Assembly: GCA_964016885.1 (NCBI GenBank)
Contig: OZ024740.1
Span: 382,416,001-382,480,000, forward strand
DNA length: 64,000 nt
Reading direction: 5' to 3'
Source: Eledone cirrhosa
Lineage: Eukaryota
Each line of letters begins with the position of its first letter. Within the stretch, counting starts at the first letter, position 1. Position numbers and translations under genes: made by a program. Below the pieces are notes generated by a model that had not been told where the DNA came from, ran no database searches, and was given only the letters and a program-made list of their open reading frames with translations. Shown here piece after piece: positions 1-15,326 of this stretch.

Positions 1-417
1 ATTTTTGCTTCACTCTCTCACTCTCTTTCTCTCTTTTTCACTCTGTCTATTTCCCTAAATAATTTTCTTCTTTTCATCAAGTCAAGCTTATTGATTTAAA
101 TATTCCATTCGCATATACAACGGTAAATTACGCAACGAATAATGATAATGTGGTTTCCTCTTGTATTAATTAAAAATTACGGATATTTGGACCGAATTAG
201 AATGTGACATTTTATACACATTTGCACAGATATCCTGAAAAGCTAATACTTCAAGTTTATTTTGATCTCGCCTTAAAATAGACATATCAAATGGGAACAC
301 AATATGCATCTCAGCAATTTGACTATATATAATTTACTTGTTCAGTTAGCTTGTCAAATATTTTCTCACATCTAGGTTTCTTCATGCACATTGAAACACG
401 CCTATTTAAAATGCATA

Positions 418-457
418 TTCTATCTATCTATCTATCTATCTATATATCTATCTATAC

Positions 458-551
<94 letters not shown>
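418..551. repeat. (TCTA)n microsatellite
   Basis: Near-perfect tetranucleotide run; source of the spurious YLSI ORFs. Confidence 0.95.
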
Positions 552-569
552 ATGTCTCTCTCTCTGTCG

Positions 570-1485
570 TGAAGAATAGTTTTAGTGTGTCGTTGTGGGA
601 TACTTGATGTGCCAGGTAAGCTTCTATTTTTCACCGTCGCTATTTTTCTGTTTTTCCTGTTTGATATGGTATTTGTTGACTAGTTGCCTGGCAAAACTGT
701 TTGTTTGTACTCTGTGTACAGGATGCTCGGATTCCTTTATTCTTCGTTCAGTCTAGCTCTCACACTCTTAGTGAGGGTTTGACATTGCCAGCAATTCTTT
801 CAATTTGAGCCTAAGTAATATAATTGTTTCTATTTTTAGGCACAATGCCAGCAATTATCCAGTACATTACTGGTACTTTATTTTATCGACCCCGTAAGGA
901 GGAACGGCAAAGTTAACCTCGGCAAGCCTACATAATATAATGATCGCTTTTCTATATGACGTTCAGCTTCGTCGTGACAGAAGAGGATACACATAGTATC
1001 GTTATTAACCCTTTTTGCGACCTAGTGTCATTGGTCAGAGTGGATCATAGGTACTTAAAGGTGTCCACGTATTTAAGTCTACCTCCGTCCAGCACGATAT
1101 TGATAGCTTTATTATCGTTATGACTATTGTTGTTTACTGCGGGTATCACACTTCTGTGTGTTCCTACAAATCATTTCCAATCCAGTGCTGATATCCTGGA
1201 ATTCTGCTTCTCATTTCCTAGCAGGTCAATTGACAAAACACAGGTTGGAAATGAGCCGGCCTCCGCTGGAAACAGGAATCGAAGTCTCAGAATGTTTCTT
1301 AATTGATGTTATTGGAGAGCAAAAGGGAGGGTAAATATATTTGTCGAACTCCCACAATTATCCTGAAGAACTGCACTCTTCGAATTTCCATGTAGTCCTC
1401 CAATACTTGGATGGGGTTGCTGTCAAAGTTCTCATCCTTCATCATCTGTCTCAAACCTTCGTGTCAGACATGGTCAAAGGTTTTA
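570..1485 (-). pseudogene. Degenerate RTE-clade LINE reverse transcriptase remnant, interrupted by a SINE
   Basis: Minus-strand fragments KTFDHV*HEGL, VGVRQ, SGGRLISNLCF and VDTFKYL*STL resemble RTE RT motifs (KAFDRV.HEGL / VGVRQG / GGR.ISNLRFADD / FKYLG); many stops and frameshifts. Confidence 0.65.
820..923 (-). mobile_element. Partial tRNA-derived MetaSINE-like SINE
   Basis: Matches the 3' half of the full copy at 34649-34834. Confidence 0.8.
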
Positions 1486-1526
<41 letters not shown>

Positions 1527-1555
1527 TTTACATATATATATACATACATATACAT

Positions 1556-2252
1556 ATACGTGTTTTGCAACTGGTCACTTTGTGGCTCAATGAAAAATTA
1601 ATAAATTAAACAATCAGAGCTATATATCATAAAACATGTCTATAGAATCACAAGATAAAATATATACTATTTCCTCTCCCAATTAGCATAATTAACCATA
1701 TAAAAAATCGAATAGACCAGGCTATAAGAATGAGCCTTCTATGAAGAAATCTCCGACAAATAACCAAAACTAGCGCTTCGCGTCGGCCGTAGTGGGATAT
1801 TTATCGAATATTTCGACAGCGTAATAGCCCAGATATAGTCAACTAAACAGAATTAGGTGTAAAATAAACTAGGAGAAAATAGAATACATTTAAATACCTC
1901 TACCATGATTTCGTCCGTATTTTGAGTTTTCCAATAATTATGTAATAATTATATAAACTCGAGCGCCGGATTCATCAGGAAGCTCGCTCTTATCTAGACA
2001 CTAAATTTTCCAAAGTGATCGCGCCAAGAAATTCCTTTCAAAATGGCTAAAAATCGATTACGCTGTCGAAATATTCGATAAATATCCCAGTACGGCCGAC
2101 GTGAATCGCTAGTTTTGGTTATTTGTCGGAGATTTCTTCATAGAAACCTCATTCTTATAGCCTGGTCTATTCGATTTTTTATATGGTTAACTATGCTAAT
2201 TGGGAGAGGAAATAGTATATATTTTATCTTGTGATTCTATAGACATGTTTTA

Positions 2253-2260
<8 letters not shown>
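1556..2260 (-). mobile_element. Fold-back non-autonomous element with hammerhead motif, in (TA)n
   Basis: ~205-bp inverted arms 1621-1825 / 2057-2260; spacer holds a minus-strand HHR. Confidence 0.8.
1896..1983 (-). ncRNA. Type I hammerhead ribozyme motif with extended stem II
   Basis: Minus strand: gcttc-CTGATGA-atccg...gagttt...aaactc...cggac-GAAA-tcatgg-TA-gaggt; stems I, II and III can pair. Confidence 0.7.
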
Positions 2261-2318
<58 letters not shown>

Positions 2319-2439
2319 TATAACTTTATTTTAGTCTATATTTATATTATTGTTACTACCTTTAAGTAAATAAATTAATCTAGATTTGTCATTGATATTA
2401 GAGGATTGCGTAATCTACTATCCACCGTGCAACTCTTTC

Positions 2440-2945
2440 AGCCTCCACCCACTTTCCTGTCGCCACAGTGCCGGCCGCCTGCCACGCCATGCTGCCCTCA
2501 ACGTGGTCATAAAGCATGGCTTCGACGCTGCGGGCTTCCCTTCCCAGCTCGAGCCGGTGGGGTTGAACCGAGGGGACGGCAAAAGGCCAGATGGCATGAC
2601 GATCTTCCCGTTCCGCGGTGGCAAACCCCTCGTCTGGGATGCTACTTGCACCGACACTTTCTGCAACCGCAACCTGGTGCAGTCTGCGACAAACCCAGGT
2701 TCTGTTGTACGTCGCGCTGAGGAGGCCAAGCTGCTCAAATACTGGTCGCGCTCCGACAGGTTTACGTTGTACCCCTGGCAGTGGAAACTTCTGGTTTCCT
2801 CGGCCCTAGGGCTACCTCCCTACTCACCACCATAGGCGCAGAGCTGGCCAGCCGCAGGTGTGAGCCCCGCGAGTTGGAATGAATCTTCCAGCGCGTCTCC
2901 CTTGCCGTCCTCCGGGAAAACGCCTTCTCCATCCTGTCCGCCGGG
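2440..2945 (+). pseudogene. C-terminal fragment of a CRE-like non-LTR retrotransposon (restriction-like endonuclease)
   Basis: HPLSC...RHAALN...EP.GL.RGDGKRPDG...LVWDATCTDT, then after a frameshift VPLAVETSG...QRVSLAVLREN; GC-rich island. Confidence 0.8.
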
Positions 2946-3503
2946 TCTGTGGGTGGGCGTGGGGGTTGTGGCGGTGGGGGGTGGATGCATCGCATATCAT
3001 TCCATATTTAAGTATATGCACTATCATATACTAGCCTAAATTATAGAAACCTCTACACCTTCTCTATTAAGCCCTGGCCTTTTAAAGTCAGACCGAATGA
3101 CTTTCAATGCTAAAAGCAGGTGGTTTTTATAATTTATAATATTTCTGCTGTGAGACTTTTACTGTATGGATGATTTGACAGCATGTAACAAATGTAATGC
3201 ATGTTGTAACACGATGCTTACTAATGATTTTGACGTCTTAATTACTGGTTGATTATCTTAATTATTAATTTTCTTTGTGAAATGAAATCGCATGGTAGAA
3301 GGAAATGTTTGCAGGTAAAATTGTGTTTCTTTTTAAATGTTTAATATCATTCTTTCAGTGCTTACAGATAATATACTCTACATAATTACACCTAAATAAA
3401 ATTTGGAGCTCTACAAAATATATTAATAGTTTTTAACCTGTAATATATTAAGCTCTTTTATGGCGTAATATGACTAAAGTAATTTTATTTTATCCCCCCC
3501 CCC

Positions 3504-3562
<59 letters not shown>

Positions 3563-4336
3563 TTCTATATATATATATATAACAGAAATCATCCTCTAAG
3601 GGGAATGTGATCTGAAGATTCAAAATTGCTTGCAGTTATTTTAAAATAGATAGGCATATGATCAATTTTCATTTTAAGAATTTTGCGTTCATATTATTTT
3701 TTCTCTTTCTAGGTTTCAACGATCGTTTATTTGATATTGATTTTAATGTCTATTTCGGGTTTTATATATTAAACCGTGTTTTATTTTGTTATATTTCATT
3801 GTTATTACAATTGTGTCATTTTAACTTTTACTGACATCTTTTCATGTATTTCGACCTATTATCTTTTGCGTTAAATCTCATAAACAGATGTTTTATGCGT
3901 CTGTTTATTTAAATTATAAGCATTTTATGTATCTCAGAATTCTGTTGGGTATTATTATTTGTTCCAATTTAATATTCTACAAATTCTATTTAGAAGATAT
4001 ATAAAAGAAAACTTACAATTGTTTTGTAATTGTAGCTTTGTAACATGATATCGTATATATTTATTTAACGCAAATCTTTGTCTATTTAATTATCATAAAT
4101 GCATACATACATATCGACACTTACACTCCCCCACACATACATAATACATATAGACACAATTATATAAAGAAAAGTATTTTAATCGGGTATAAATCATTAT
4201 TTTACTGAAGAAAAGCTTATACCACAGTAGTTTTAGTTATTACGCATAGATCAAAATGTACATACACACATACATACGTATGCAAGCATACACTCTCACA
4301 CTCACACCCAAACACACGCACACACACAAACACATG

Positions 4337-4405
<69 letters not shown>

Positions 4406-4446
4406 GTATGCTTCAACATTTCATTTTCCCTTACACACATGCATCA

Positions 4447-4500
<54 letters not shown>

Positions 4501-5282
4501 TATATATATGTGTGTGTGTGTATGTGGTTGTCTGTGTGTGTCTATATAAATATATATATATATGGAAAATGAAATGTTGAAGAGTATGTATATAAAGCGT
4601 CTAAGTACACTTATATATATATGGAACATTTTTTTTCACACTCATTTCTCTGTGTGTGTGCATTCGTGATTTTTGTATATACCATTTAACATGCAAATGT
4701 TTTTATCATTCATATCTACTAAATAATGATAGAAATATAAATGTAATGACAAGAATCTTTAAATATGTAATGTTAATGTTTATCCCAAGCAAGCTATTTT
4801 TCGCAATGCTATCAATCATTCTTTTGCTGAATAAACTTCACACTTGCTTTAATACACCGAATTAAGTTTCAAATCATGTTTAATGCATTTTGCAGATTGC
4901 CCACTGTTTCTATAAGAATAGTATTGACCACGGTCGTACCTATAATATCTATATATCTGTCTGTATGGATGTATATATGTATGAGTGTATGTGCGCGTTT
5001 GTATGCACACACACACACAGAAACACTTATATATATAGACAAACACACACACACTCACAAATATATATAGAGAGAGAGACAATTACACACACATTCATAT
5101 ATATATATATATATATATATCGACGCTTCTTTAAATGTCGACTTAAGATTTTCACAAACAAATCTAGATTATCTTTGAGAATTGTACGCATTTAACGTTT
5201 GGGCGAGGATTAATTGAATTTAAGATCAGGACTTAAACACACATGTTAATGTTCGATGCATTGTTGACGCGATAATTTAAAG

Positions 5283-5283
5283 A

Positions 5284-5357
<74 letters not shown>
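5283..5357. repeat. (CTA)n microsatellite
   Basis: Perfect trinucleotide run. Confidence 0.95.
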
Positions 5358-5695
5358 AACACGAGACAACATATTGTTGCTGTATTGTCAATTAATTCAG
5401 CCCTAATATTTGATCGTTGCCTCATTTTATCGAACTTTGATAAAAGTAAATATATACAAGACATGTGCAATATTGAATTTGCAATTCTACCTTGCTTGTA
5501 ATAACATCAACAACAGCAACAGTTACAGCAAGAACAAGAACAAATATACTAATAGCTATGGTAAATATTATTATGGCTATTGCATCAAGGTTTTTAGATA
5601 AGAAATTATTTTAGGGTCAAATTTTGGAAGCATGTATGGTTTTATGAAGAATAGATATTACTAATATGAAGAATAGATCATAATAATAATAATTA

Positions 5696-5900
5696 TTATT
5701 TTTACTTTAGGCAGCAGAAAGCTCGAAATCTGAAAGGGAGGGGAAAGTCGATTAAATCAGTCCCAGAGTATTACTCGTGCTTTATTTTATCGATCCCGTA
5801 ATGATGAAAGGCAAAGCTAATCCCGGTGTAATTTGAACTCGGGACGTAATGGGCCGGAATAAATGCCGCAAACATTTTATCCGACACTCTAATTATTCTA
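5696..5900 (-). mobile_element. Diverged MetaSINE-like SINE (another diverged copy at 7553-7746)
   Basis: ttttatcgatcccgtaatgatgaaaggcaaag...atttgaactc core is shared with the family. Confidence 0.7.
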
Positions 5901-5949
5901 CCAATAGTAATAAATGGCAAGAAACCCTCATAAGAGTTGGAAGGCAGAG

Positions 5950-7310
5950 AAGAAACCTACATCAAGGTAGGTTTTCGGCCCTTAATCCCTTACACATTAA
6001 AGGGGCCGAGCCGCATCCAAGTAATGACTCTTGGGTATCCTTCTGCTGACATTTAGCCATTCGTATGTATTTAAACTGTAACTTCAAACTTGTATTTAAA
6101 AGCTTTCTTGAGTTTGGAAAAATAAGGTTCGTATTCACTGTTGCCACCAAAATTACAACCACGACTCTCTCAGAGATACTTAACTGAGCATGTGCTGAAA
6201 TACAAACACGGTTCTCTCAAATGGTATGAAGGCCGGTATTATTCAGCCTCGACCAAATCCAGGTGGGAACCTTTTCTCTGTTTCTGATATTACCTTTAGG
6301 GATGTAGTCCTGGTCTTCCCAGAGACTGAATGTTGTTTAATGAGGCTGTAGGCAGATTTTTATAGAAAGCCTCTGGCCACAACCTCAATGGTGAGAACTT
6401 TCCCGGAAGTCATCTTCCCCCATGCAGTTGGCCAAACTGGCCTATTTGTCGGTTTTGGAAACGTGTGCTTTCATTTCACTTCCAATTGGCATGAGGAGTT
6501 CTATAAATATCAGCTACTTTGATGAACTGTAATGGGGTATGATATCCCGCCTCAAAGAATTCTTCCGGATGAATTCTGGTTGTTTTGCTTTTCCCGGGAA
6601 ACATGCTGTATACAGCCAGTCGTCCGCAGCTCTCAGAAAACCCAATTTCCGTTAATTGTATGGCATGCTGTGTTCTGTCGTAAGAAATGTTTTTGGGAGA
6701 TCTAGTACTACTGGTTTTAAATTTGCCGTACTTATCATATGTACGATCTCCTTCAGCACTTGATTGTGTTTTAACATGTATCTACTCTAAGCTAAGCCTA
6801 CCTTGCATGCACTCTGAACCTGTTCCGCTGTCAGTCTACTCTGTCAGTGTGAGCATTCGAGGTTATCTAATTTGCCCCAATAGATTTGTATTCGCGGGCA
6901 GGAGATCACAGACATTTTTGAGCTGAAAATTGATTCTAAGAGGCATCATAAGCCACAATTCATTCCAACTGAGACAGTTCTGGAATGCAACTTCCCACGT
7001 CACCCACTGCCTTGTGGAGTCTTCTGGAACCCTCTTCGTTCTTCACCTCCTGTAAAATCAGATGTTTCCTCATCTTTCCCATAGCCTCGAAACACTGTTC
7101 TATTTTGTTACGACCAGTCGCTGCATATTTACCTGAATGTGTCCCATTATTTCTCTGATCGTAAGGCTTTCCTTTCCTACATCTACCGCCTCACAACCTT
7201 GTTTTGCGAGTTACTGAACATCCTTGCTTTTCCGACTTTGTACTCCTCAACGATGGATTTGAGAAGTAATATCAGCTTGACCTGGCAACAGTGGAGTACA
7301 ACATCAGCGA
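5950..7310 (-). pseudogene. Degenerate HERO-like non-LTR retrotransposon 3' half (REL endonuclease)
   Basis: Minus-strand peptides LKSIVEEYKVGKAR, LKNVCDLLPANTNL, CKVGLA*SRYMLKHNQVL and LRRDI..LIFIEL...IEVVARGF resemble HERO-clade motifs (YDLLP.P.NL, GRYTWRHNQVL, LRPDI..ELTVP..EVG.RGF). Confidence 0.7.
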
Positions 7311-8866
7311 AACATGATGAGACAACAAACACTTCCTTGTGTATTTGTTGATGTTGGCCACTATGGCATTAGAACCGATATCGTATATCAGTAGATACCA
7401 AAGAAGCTTTGAAAGTATCATGAACAGCAAACACTAAACCTTATATTTGCTAGAGAAGCTACATTAGTCAATGACCAGCAGACATTTTTCCGCCATAGTA
7501 ATAATTATTATTGTTATTATGGCGGAAATATAATAATGAATGAATAAAAAATAATAACTGTTTCTACTTTAGCACAAGGCCAGCAATTTGAGGAGGAGAG
7601 GAAAGTCAATTAAATCGACCCTTGGGCTTTATTTTTCGACCCCGTAACGAAGAAAGGCAAAGCTAACCTCGGTGGGTTTTGAACTTAGAACGTAAAGGGC
7701 CGTATCTCTATGCTACAAAGCAGGGTGTCCGGCGCTCTACCGATACTAGAAATCAAGGCTTTGAGGTACAGCATATATACTCTGAAATGTTTGGTCTATT
7801 AAATGAGAGAAGCAATCGTTTTCCATGGCTTGACCTGATGTGGAGTCCTAAACAGCCATTAGTAACACCCATATCTATGAAAAGGAGATAATATTAATTG
7901 TAAATATAATTTCTAATTTAAAATAAGGATAAACATTTGGGAGTAGTGGAATATTCCATATTATCGATCTGAAGGATATATTTGTATACCAGCACTTTCC
8001 ATGCGTCTTATTGATTAAATCTAAAGGAATGAAAGGAGTAGTTAACATGATCTAGTTTTGAATACATTGCGTAAGAATAACTTTTCATACTCCAGGAAGC
8101 TGTTCGCATTCTATAATAATACCCCTTTCTGGAAATACCTCATCTTATTCATCCTTACAATACTGGAAGAGCAAATATAAAAGGAAGACCCACATGTGCT
8201 ATCTTTTATTTCATATATTTTTTATTAAAGAAAATTGAGTTGGCTTGAAACAGAAGCTTTCGCATCTACTCGAAATTACCCACTCATTTTCAATGAATAT
8301 TACAATAGGTTGTAAAATTAGAATCAGTGAAACATACATTTACTGGAAAATGGGGAAATAAGATGTTCTACAAAGAAGCTCAAAGACAAATTCATCAAAT
8401 TATCTTAGCGTATGTGTAATCGACAATAAATTATTCATGTGCATGTTTCATCATGTATACAACTATAATTGTCAGAATAAAGAATATCTGGTATCTACTC
8501 ATAAATCACCACTTACATGTGTGTTTTACTGAAACACACACATACACAGACACAGACTCACACACATACACACGCACACACAGACGCAGAAACAAACACA
8601 CACACACACACACGCACGTCAATATATATATGTATGCATAAATAAATAATAGATGTAGATATAAGAACATTTTATTCATGTGAAGGTTAGAAGTCCATCA
8701 CCAATAGTGTAATGGGGCATATATAATGCCATGTAAGTCATTATATGAAAAATTAAGGTAGGTACATAACATTTATTATATGAATAGTTTTATATCATAT
8801 TATTCATGTTAGTGTTCATGTAAATGTGTGCTTATAGATATGTCAATATGTATGAACCCCCCTCTC

Positions 8867-8902
<36 letters not shown>

Positions 8903-8906
<4 letters not shown>

Positions 8907-9084
8907 AAGTATGACCCCGACGGCAGAGCTCAAGCCGTTTCGACGGCTATTTCTGGAAATAGCCGTCGAAACCGCTTGAGATCTACCGTCGGAGTCATAC
9001 TTTCTCCTATTACCCACTCTACTACCCTAAGTATTGAGTACTCTGGTGCGTTATGGTTCCTCTGGTTCTTTACCAAAACTCCTC

Positions 9085-9088
<4 letters not shown>
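8903..9088 (+). mobile_element. Short TA-flanked hairpin element with 3' half of an HHR (related copies 11971-12131, 25168-25356, 26047-26228, 28038-28170)
   Basis: ~52-bp arms 8903-9006; family motif GAAA-cggc-ttgagctct-gccg-TC-ggggtc; shared tail ctactaccctaagtattgagtactctggtgcgttat. Confidence 0.75.
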
Positions 9089-9125
<37 letters not shown>

Positions 9126-9561
9126 ATCAAAAGATGGTTAAAAGAGTTCCATTATTATGTATACTCCAGTCCTACAAACTGTAGAGTGCTTCTTATCCGA
9201 TATCTGCATTGCTTTATTGTACTACAATAAAACTCACCTCCTACATTATATATATATATATATATAATATTATATAGTTATGTAATAAACAATATGACAT
9301 AATTTTTTCATTCACGAGTGGTTTCTTGAAGGCAGATATTTATATCTGTCTTCAGTCGTCAGAATGAATGGTATTGGAAGGAGTAGTTTTTAATAGAATA
9401 ATCCACTTCATAAACATCCATGGTGTATGTTGGTTAATTTCCTGAAACTGTAGAGTGCTCAACTTATTGGGCTGGAAGGTGCCAATCATATATGTAATAT
9501 AGAATAAGCTTCGATCATTCCCCACCTCTCTCTCTCTCTCTGTCTCTCTCACTCTCTCTCG

Positions 9562-9624
<63 letters not shown>

Positions 9625-10195
9625 TATGAGAGAGAGGGAGAGAGAAAGAGAGAGAGAGAGCTAGATAGATAGATATATAGATAGATAGATACGCATAAGA
9701 CATTCTATGTAAAAACAACTGAACCCTCGAGATTTATATTCTCACTTATTTCCTTCCATATATTCTTCAACCGTTATCTGGAATATATTCAGTAAATTCC
9801 TTGGACTTTGTTCCACCAAAATTTCTATCTCACTGTTGTCAGACTCCTATTAGATTTTGCACTTTGATTTTTTTGTTAATTTGTGCATTTTAGATGACAG
9901 ATACATCAGCAAATATATATAAAAAGATAGCTGTAGATAGTGAGTTGGACAGACAGAGAGGTATACGCATAGAGAGGTAGGTAATTAATTATTCATGTAG
10001 ATAGAAGGGTAGGTTCATAAACAGATGCTGATATATTGTCCGAACATATTTACCGATAGACGTGGATCAAAACTGACCAACTAATTGCACCAAGCATATT
10101 CTCATATCTGCATATACATATACACACTTACACACACAGGTAAATGTATATAAATATATACATAAGTGCATATCAAAATGTATTTATATATGCAT

Positions 10196-10259
<64 letters not shown>

Positions 10260-10262
<3 letters not shown>

Positions 10263-10466
10263 ATAATAATAAATTTGAAGACTAAAATCCAAAGAGGGCT
10301 CGATAAGGATAAATATATATCAAATATATAAGAACCGTAGAGCAAATATTTATTAAAATAACAGATTAAAGTTTAAGCCAAGAATCGCTGCTTTCATCCT
10401 TAACTGGATCTTCTGAAACTAAAAAAGTTAATCAGATTGACTTTATTAGTTTCAGAAGATCCCGTT
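10260..10466. repeat. TA-associated interspersed repeat (other copies/fragments 25860-26015, 29872-29938, 30810-30853)
   Basis: Shared tattaaaataacagattaaagtttaagc...ggatcttctgaaact and gaagactaaaatccaaagagggctcg; short terminal inversion at 10445-10466. Confidence 0.7.
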
Positions 10467-10499
10467 ATATATATATATATATACATGTACATATATATA

Positions 10500-11044
10500 T
10501 ATATGCATTGTGGGCTTACCGAACATTTATTATAATGCTCGGTTTGTTTGTAAACAAACAGCCCCAATTACGCCGTACAGTGTTTGGCAACCATCGTCGC
10601 CTTTTTTTTTTAGTTCAACACTTACACAGGAACGAGGTACTAGTTTCAAGCTTATTAACTATCGTCAGCATCGTATACCTTTCTGTCAGATGATTGAACG
10701 TTTGAAATACTTTCCTCATGCATATTAACGGCTGAGCAGCCTAATTTGCATATCGAGTGAGTTAGTTGGCCGGGCGAACAGAAAACGATAAATGGAAAAG
10801 GATGAAACAAAATTTCATTTCTCACTCTTAGTACGGCTGATACTTAAATGTAAGTATGTACACGTACCTACATATATGTATACATACGTACAGTAGTATG
10901 TATATATATACATACATGTACACACATATATATATGCACCTATGGGTTTACCGAACATTTATTATAATCCTCGGATTATTTGTAAACAAACAGTCCGATT
11001 TACGCCATACAGTGTTTGGCAACAATCATCGCCTTTTTTTTTTG

Positions 11045-11045
<1 letters not shown>
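10500..11045. repeat. ~110-bp diverged direct repeat (10500-10610 / 10930-11043)
   Basis: ttaccgaacatttattataat.ctcgg.tt.tttgtaaacaaacag...cagtgtttggcaac occurs twice. Confidence 0.75.
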
Positions 11046-11086
<41 letters not shown>

Positions 11087-11102
11087 TATATACATAAAAT
11101 GT

Positions 11103-11184
<82 letters not shown>

Positions 11185-11199
11185 TATATATATGTATAA

Positions 11200-11258
<59 letters not shown>

Positions 11259-11282
11259 CATATATACAATGTATATATATAC

Positions 11283-11337
<55 letters not shown>

Positions 11338-11423
11338 ACGTATTTTCTGTATTTACACACAGAGACACGCACTGTTACATACACACGCACGCACACGTAG
11401 ACCAGAACAAATGCATGCATACG

Positions 11424-11456
<33 letters not shown>

Positions 11457-11747
11457 TCACTCGCGTGTACGTAGGAGCTGGTCGTGTGGAAGGGCAATAA
11501 TTGTTTTCTTTTTAATAAAGTTTTTAATTTCGAAATTGATTGACTTATATCAGTAGCCGAGGGGAGGAATAATGAATAATATATGGATGAATATATCACA
11601 GTGAAATCAATATCGATATTAAAAAGAACACTTGAAATTGAAGTCTAGGTTTCCGAACTGAATTGATTTTCTAAGTTGGTCTTGTAACTTTCCCGTTAGT
11701 AATTCAGCAACATTCCACCTTATGCGTTTAGGGAATATATATATATA

Positions 11748-11805
<58 letters not shown>

Positions 11806-12129
11806 GAAGTTTAGAAAGCCACAACAATGCAGATGGGAAATCTCGAGGTAAGAAGTGAGTGAGAAATAGGAGAAAAGTGAAAATGTATATATATATATAT
11901 ATATATATAATTATAGATAACATTGTAGCAAAAATATATATATGTATATACCTATATATATATATATATAGGAACCAGTAAGACCCCGACAGCTGAGCTC
12001 AAGCCGTTTCGACGGCTAATTCTGGACAATATGTATATATATATATATATATATACATTCTCTACTACCTCAAGTATTGAGTACTTTGGTGCGTTATGCT
12101 CCACCTGGTTCCTTACCACATTTCCTTCG

Positions 12130-12174
<45 letters not shown>

Positions 12175-12194
12175 TGTATATATTTATATATATA

Positions 12195-12299
<105 letters not shown>

Positions 12300-12338
12300 G
12301 TATATATATATGAATATATATGTATATGTATATCTTTT

Positions 12339-12377
<39 letters not shown>

Positions 12378-12440
12378 ATATATATATATATATGTATGTA
12401 TATATATGTATATATATATATATATATATGTATATATAAA

Positions 12441-12478
<38 letters not shown>

Positions 12479-12659
12479 CACATATATATATATACACACA
12501 TATATATATATATATATATACACATATATATACATATATACATATATATATACACACACATATATATATACACACACATATATATATATATATACCTATA
12601 AACATATATACATATATATACATATATACATATATATATATACACACACATATATATGT

Positions 12660-12704
<45 letters not shown>

Positions 12705-12707
<3 letters not shown>

Positions 12708-13225
12708 TTAATATAGATGAGATTCTACAGGACTAGAACTGTTTCATTCATTAGAAATCATCAGGAATCTGGGTATCAAAAAATAAATATGGTATTTATA
12801 GGTCTCTACAAGTGGTAGGAGAGGGTGGGGAGTGGGATGGGTGCAGGTCATTGGTTGATAGAAAAGGGAATTCATTAAAAGCTAATTCTACAAAGCTATA
12901 GTTAATTTTTATTTTTATTTATATTTATTTATGTTTTTAGAGTAACAAAGGCAGACAGAATTCTATAAACAGGTTCCGGATGGCATACCATTCCTTGTCA
13001 ATAAGTTTCTCTTAAGCTAACAGATGTCTATAAAATCAGTGGGGGGTCAGTCATGCTCGATAGAATTAAAGAAAAGGGAGATTCTTTAAAAGCTAAAGTC
13101 ATTAAGGTTCTACTAAGTGACAAAGGTCTAGAGAATTCTGCAGACAGATTCAAAATACTGAGTGCATATCTTACTATTATCTTCGAACTTCTCTTAAACT
13201 AATCAACAATATGCCAAAATCAACT
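12705..13225 (-). mobile_element. Copy of the HHR-bearing element at 19250-19760
   Basis: ~520 bp of high identity to 19250-19760; intact HHR at 12720-12770 (minus). Confidence 0.85.
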
Positions 13226-13260
13226 TTTTTTATATATGTGTGTATATATAAATATATACA

Positions 13261-13300
<40 letters not shown>

Positions 13301-13337
13301 TATATACATATATATATATTTGCTACAATGCTATCTA

Positions 13338-13930
<593 letters not shown>

Positions 13931-14000
13931 TATATATATATATATATATATATAAGCAGAAGGGATATATATATATATATATATTTATATGTATATATAT

Positions 14001-14083
<83 letters not shown>

Positions 14084-14187
14084 TATTAATATGTATATAC
14101 ATTATATATATATATACCTTATATATATATATAATAAATATATATATATATATATATATACATATACCTTATATATATGTATATATA

Positions 14188-14322
<135 letters not shown>

Positions 14323-14416
14323 GTTATATATACATATATATAAGGTATAAGTATATATATATATATATATATTGGAAAATGTTTGTAATCCTTGGTACAG
14401 TTAGGTATATTAAGAC

Positions 14417-15172
14417 TTAAGACAGGGGGGAAGAAAAAATGGCTTCACTTGTGCTTTCAACAAATGTATTTTCTTCACAAAATCCAAAAATAATTTTTCT
14501 TAAAAAAAATGATTTTATAAATTAAGTTGTTGGTTGTTGCTTAGGTCTTAGGAGTTCTTGGTTAACGTAGGAGGTATTGTTTCGTTTTTAGAAAGACCTT
14601 TCACGCTGAGGTGCGCTTGTCAAACTGATGTGTATGTGGTGTGTTGTTCTATATATAGGGATTTAACATGTCTGTGGTGTGGTGGGGGTTTCTTTTCTCC
14701 CCCTTTAATAAGTGCATGGGTGTAGGTGTGTTGAAAAAGTGTTCATAGCAGTAATGAGTTGAGACGGGGAGCAGGGTTGGGTGGGGAGAAATGTAGCAAG
14801 TGCGGCCTGCCCCGGTCATTCTCGAAAAATTCCTTTAATCAGGGAAAAAAGCTTTTAGTATTGCTTTTGTGTTGAGAATGGTCACAGGCAAATCGCACCT
14901 GTCAAGTTTGTGAATAATTATTATTTTCTTTTTTTCCTGAAGAATTTTTCTGCGTCCATCCCAAAGTTAGTCCTTTGTTCAACACACACATATGTGCGCA
15001 TATACGTACATACACACACGGGCATATGTAGGAATATATAGGCACACACCATCAATCACACACCCATGTACAAATACATCCACATACATACACAAAAACA
15101 TATAGAGACACATATAAAAACACACATACACATACGTACACACACGAATATGTACTCATACCTCCACATGGG

Positions 15173-15204
<32 letters not shown>

Positions 15205-15209
15205 CACAT

Positions 15210-15246
<37 letters not shown>

Positions 15247-15293
15247 CATACATATACACATACACGCACATACACACACACATATATATATAT

Positions 15294-15326
<33 letters not shown>

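Noticed and set aside
1621-2260. Classical MITE/DNA-transposon reading of the inverted arms
   Set aside because: Arms are asymmetric with a one-sided tail, fold-back points vary among copies in related families, and an HHR is present; a PLE-type origin fits better, though a MITE is not formally excluded.
10744-10751. Octamer motif ATTTGCAT
   Set aside because: Single 8-mer with no supporting promoter or snRNA context.
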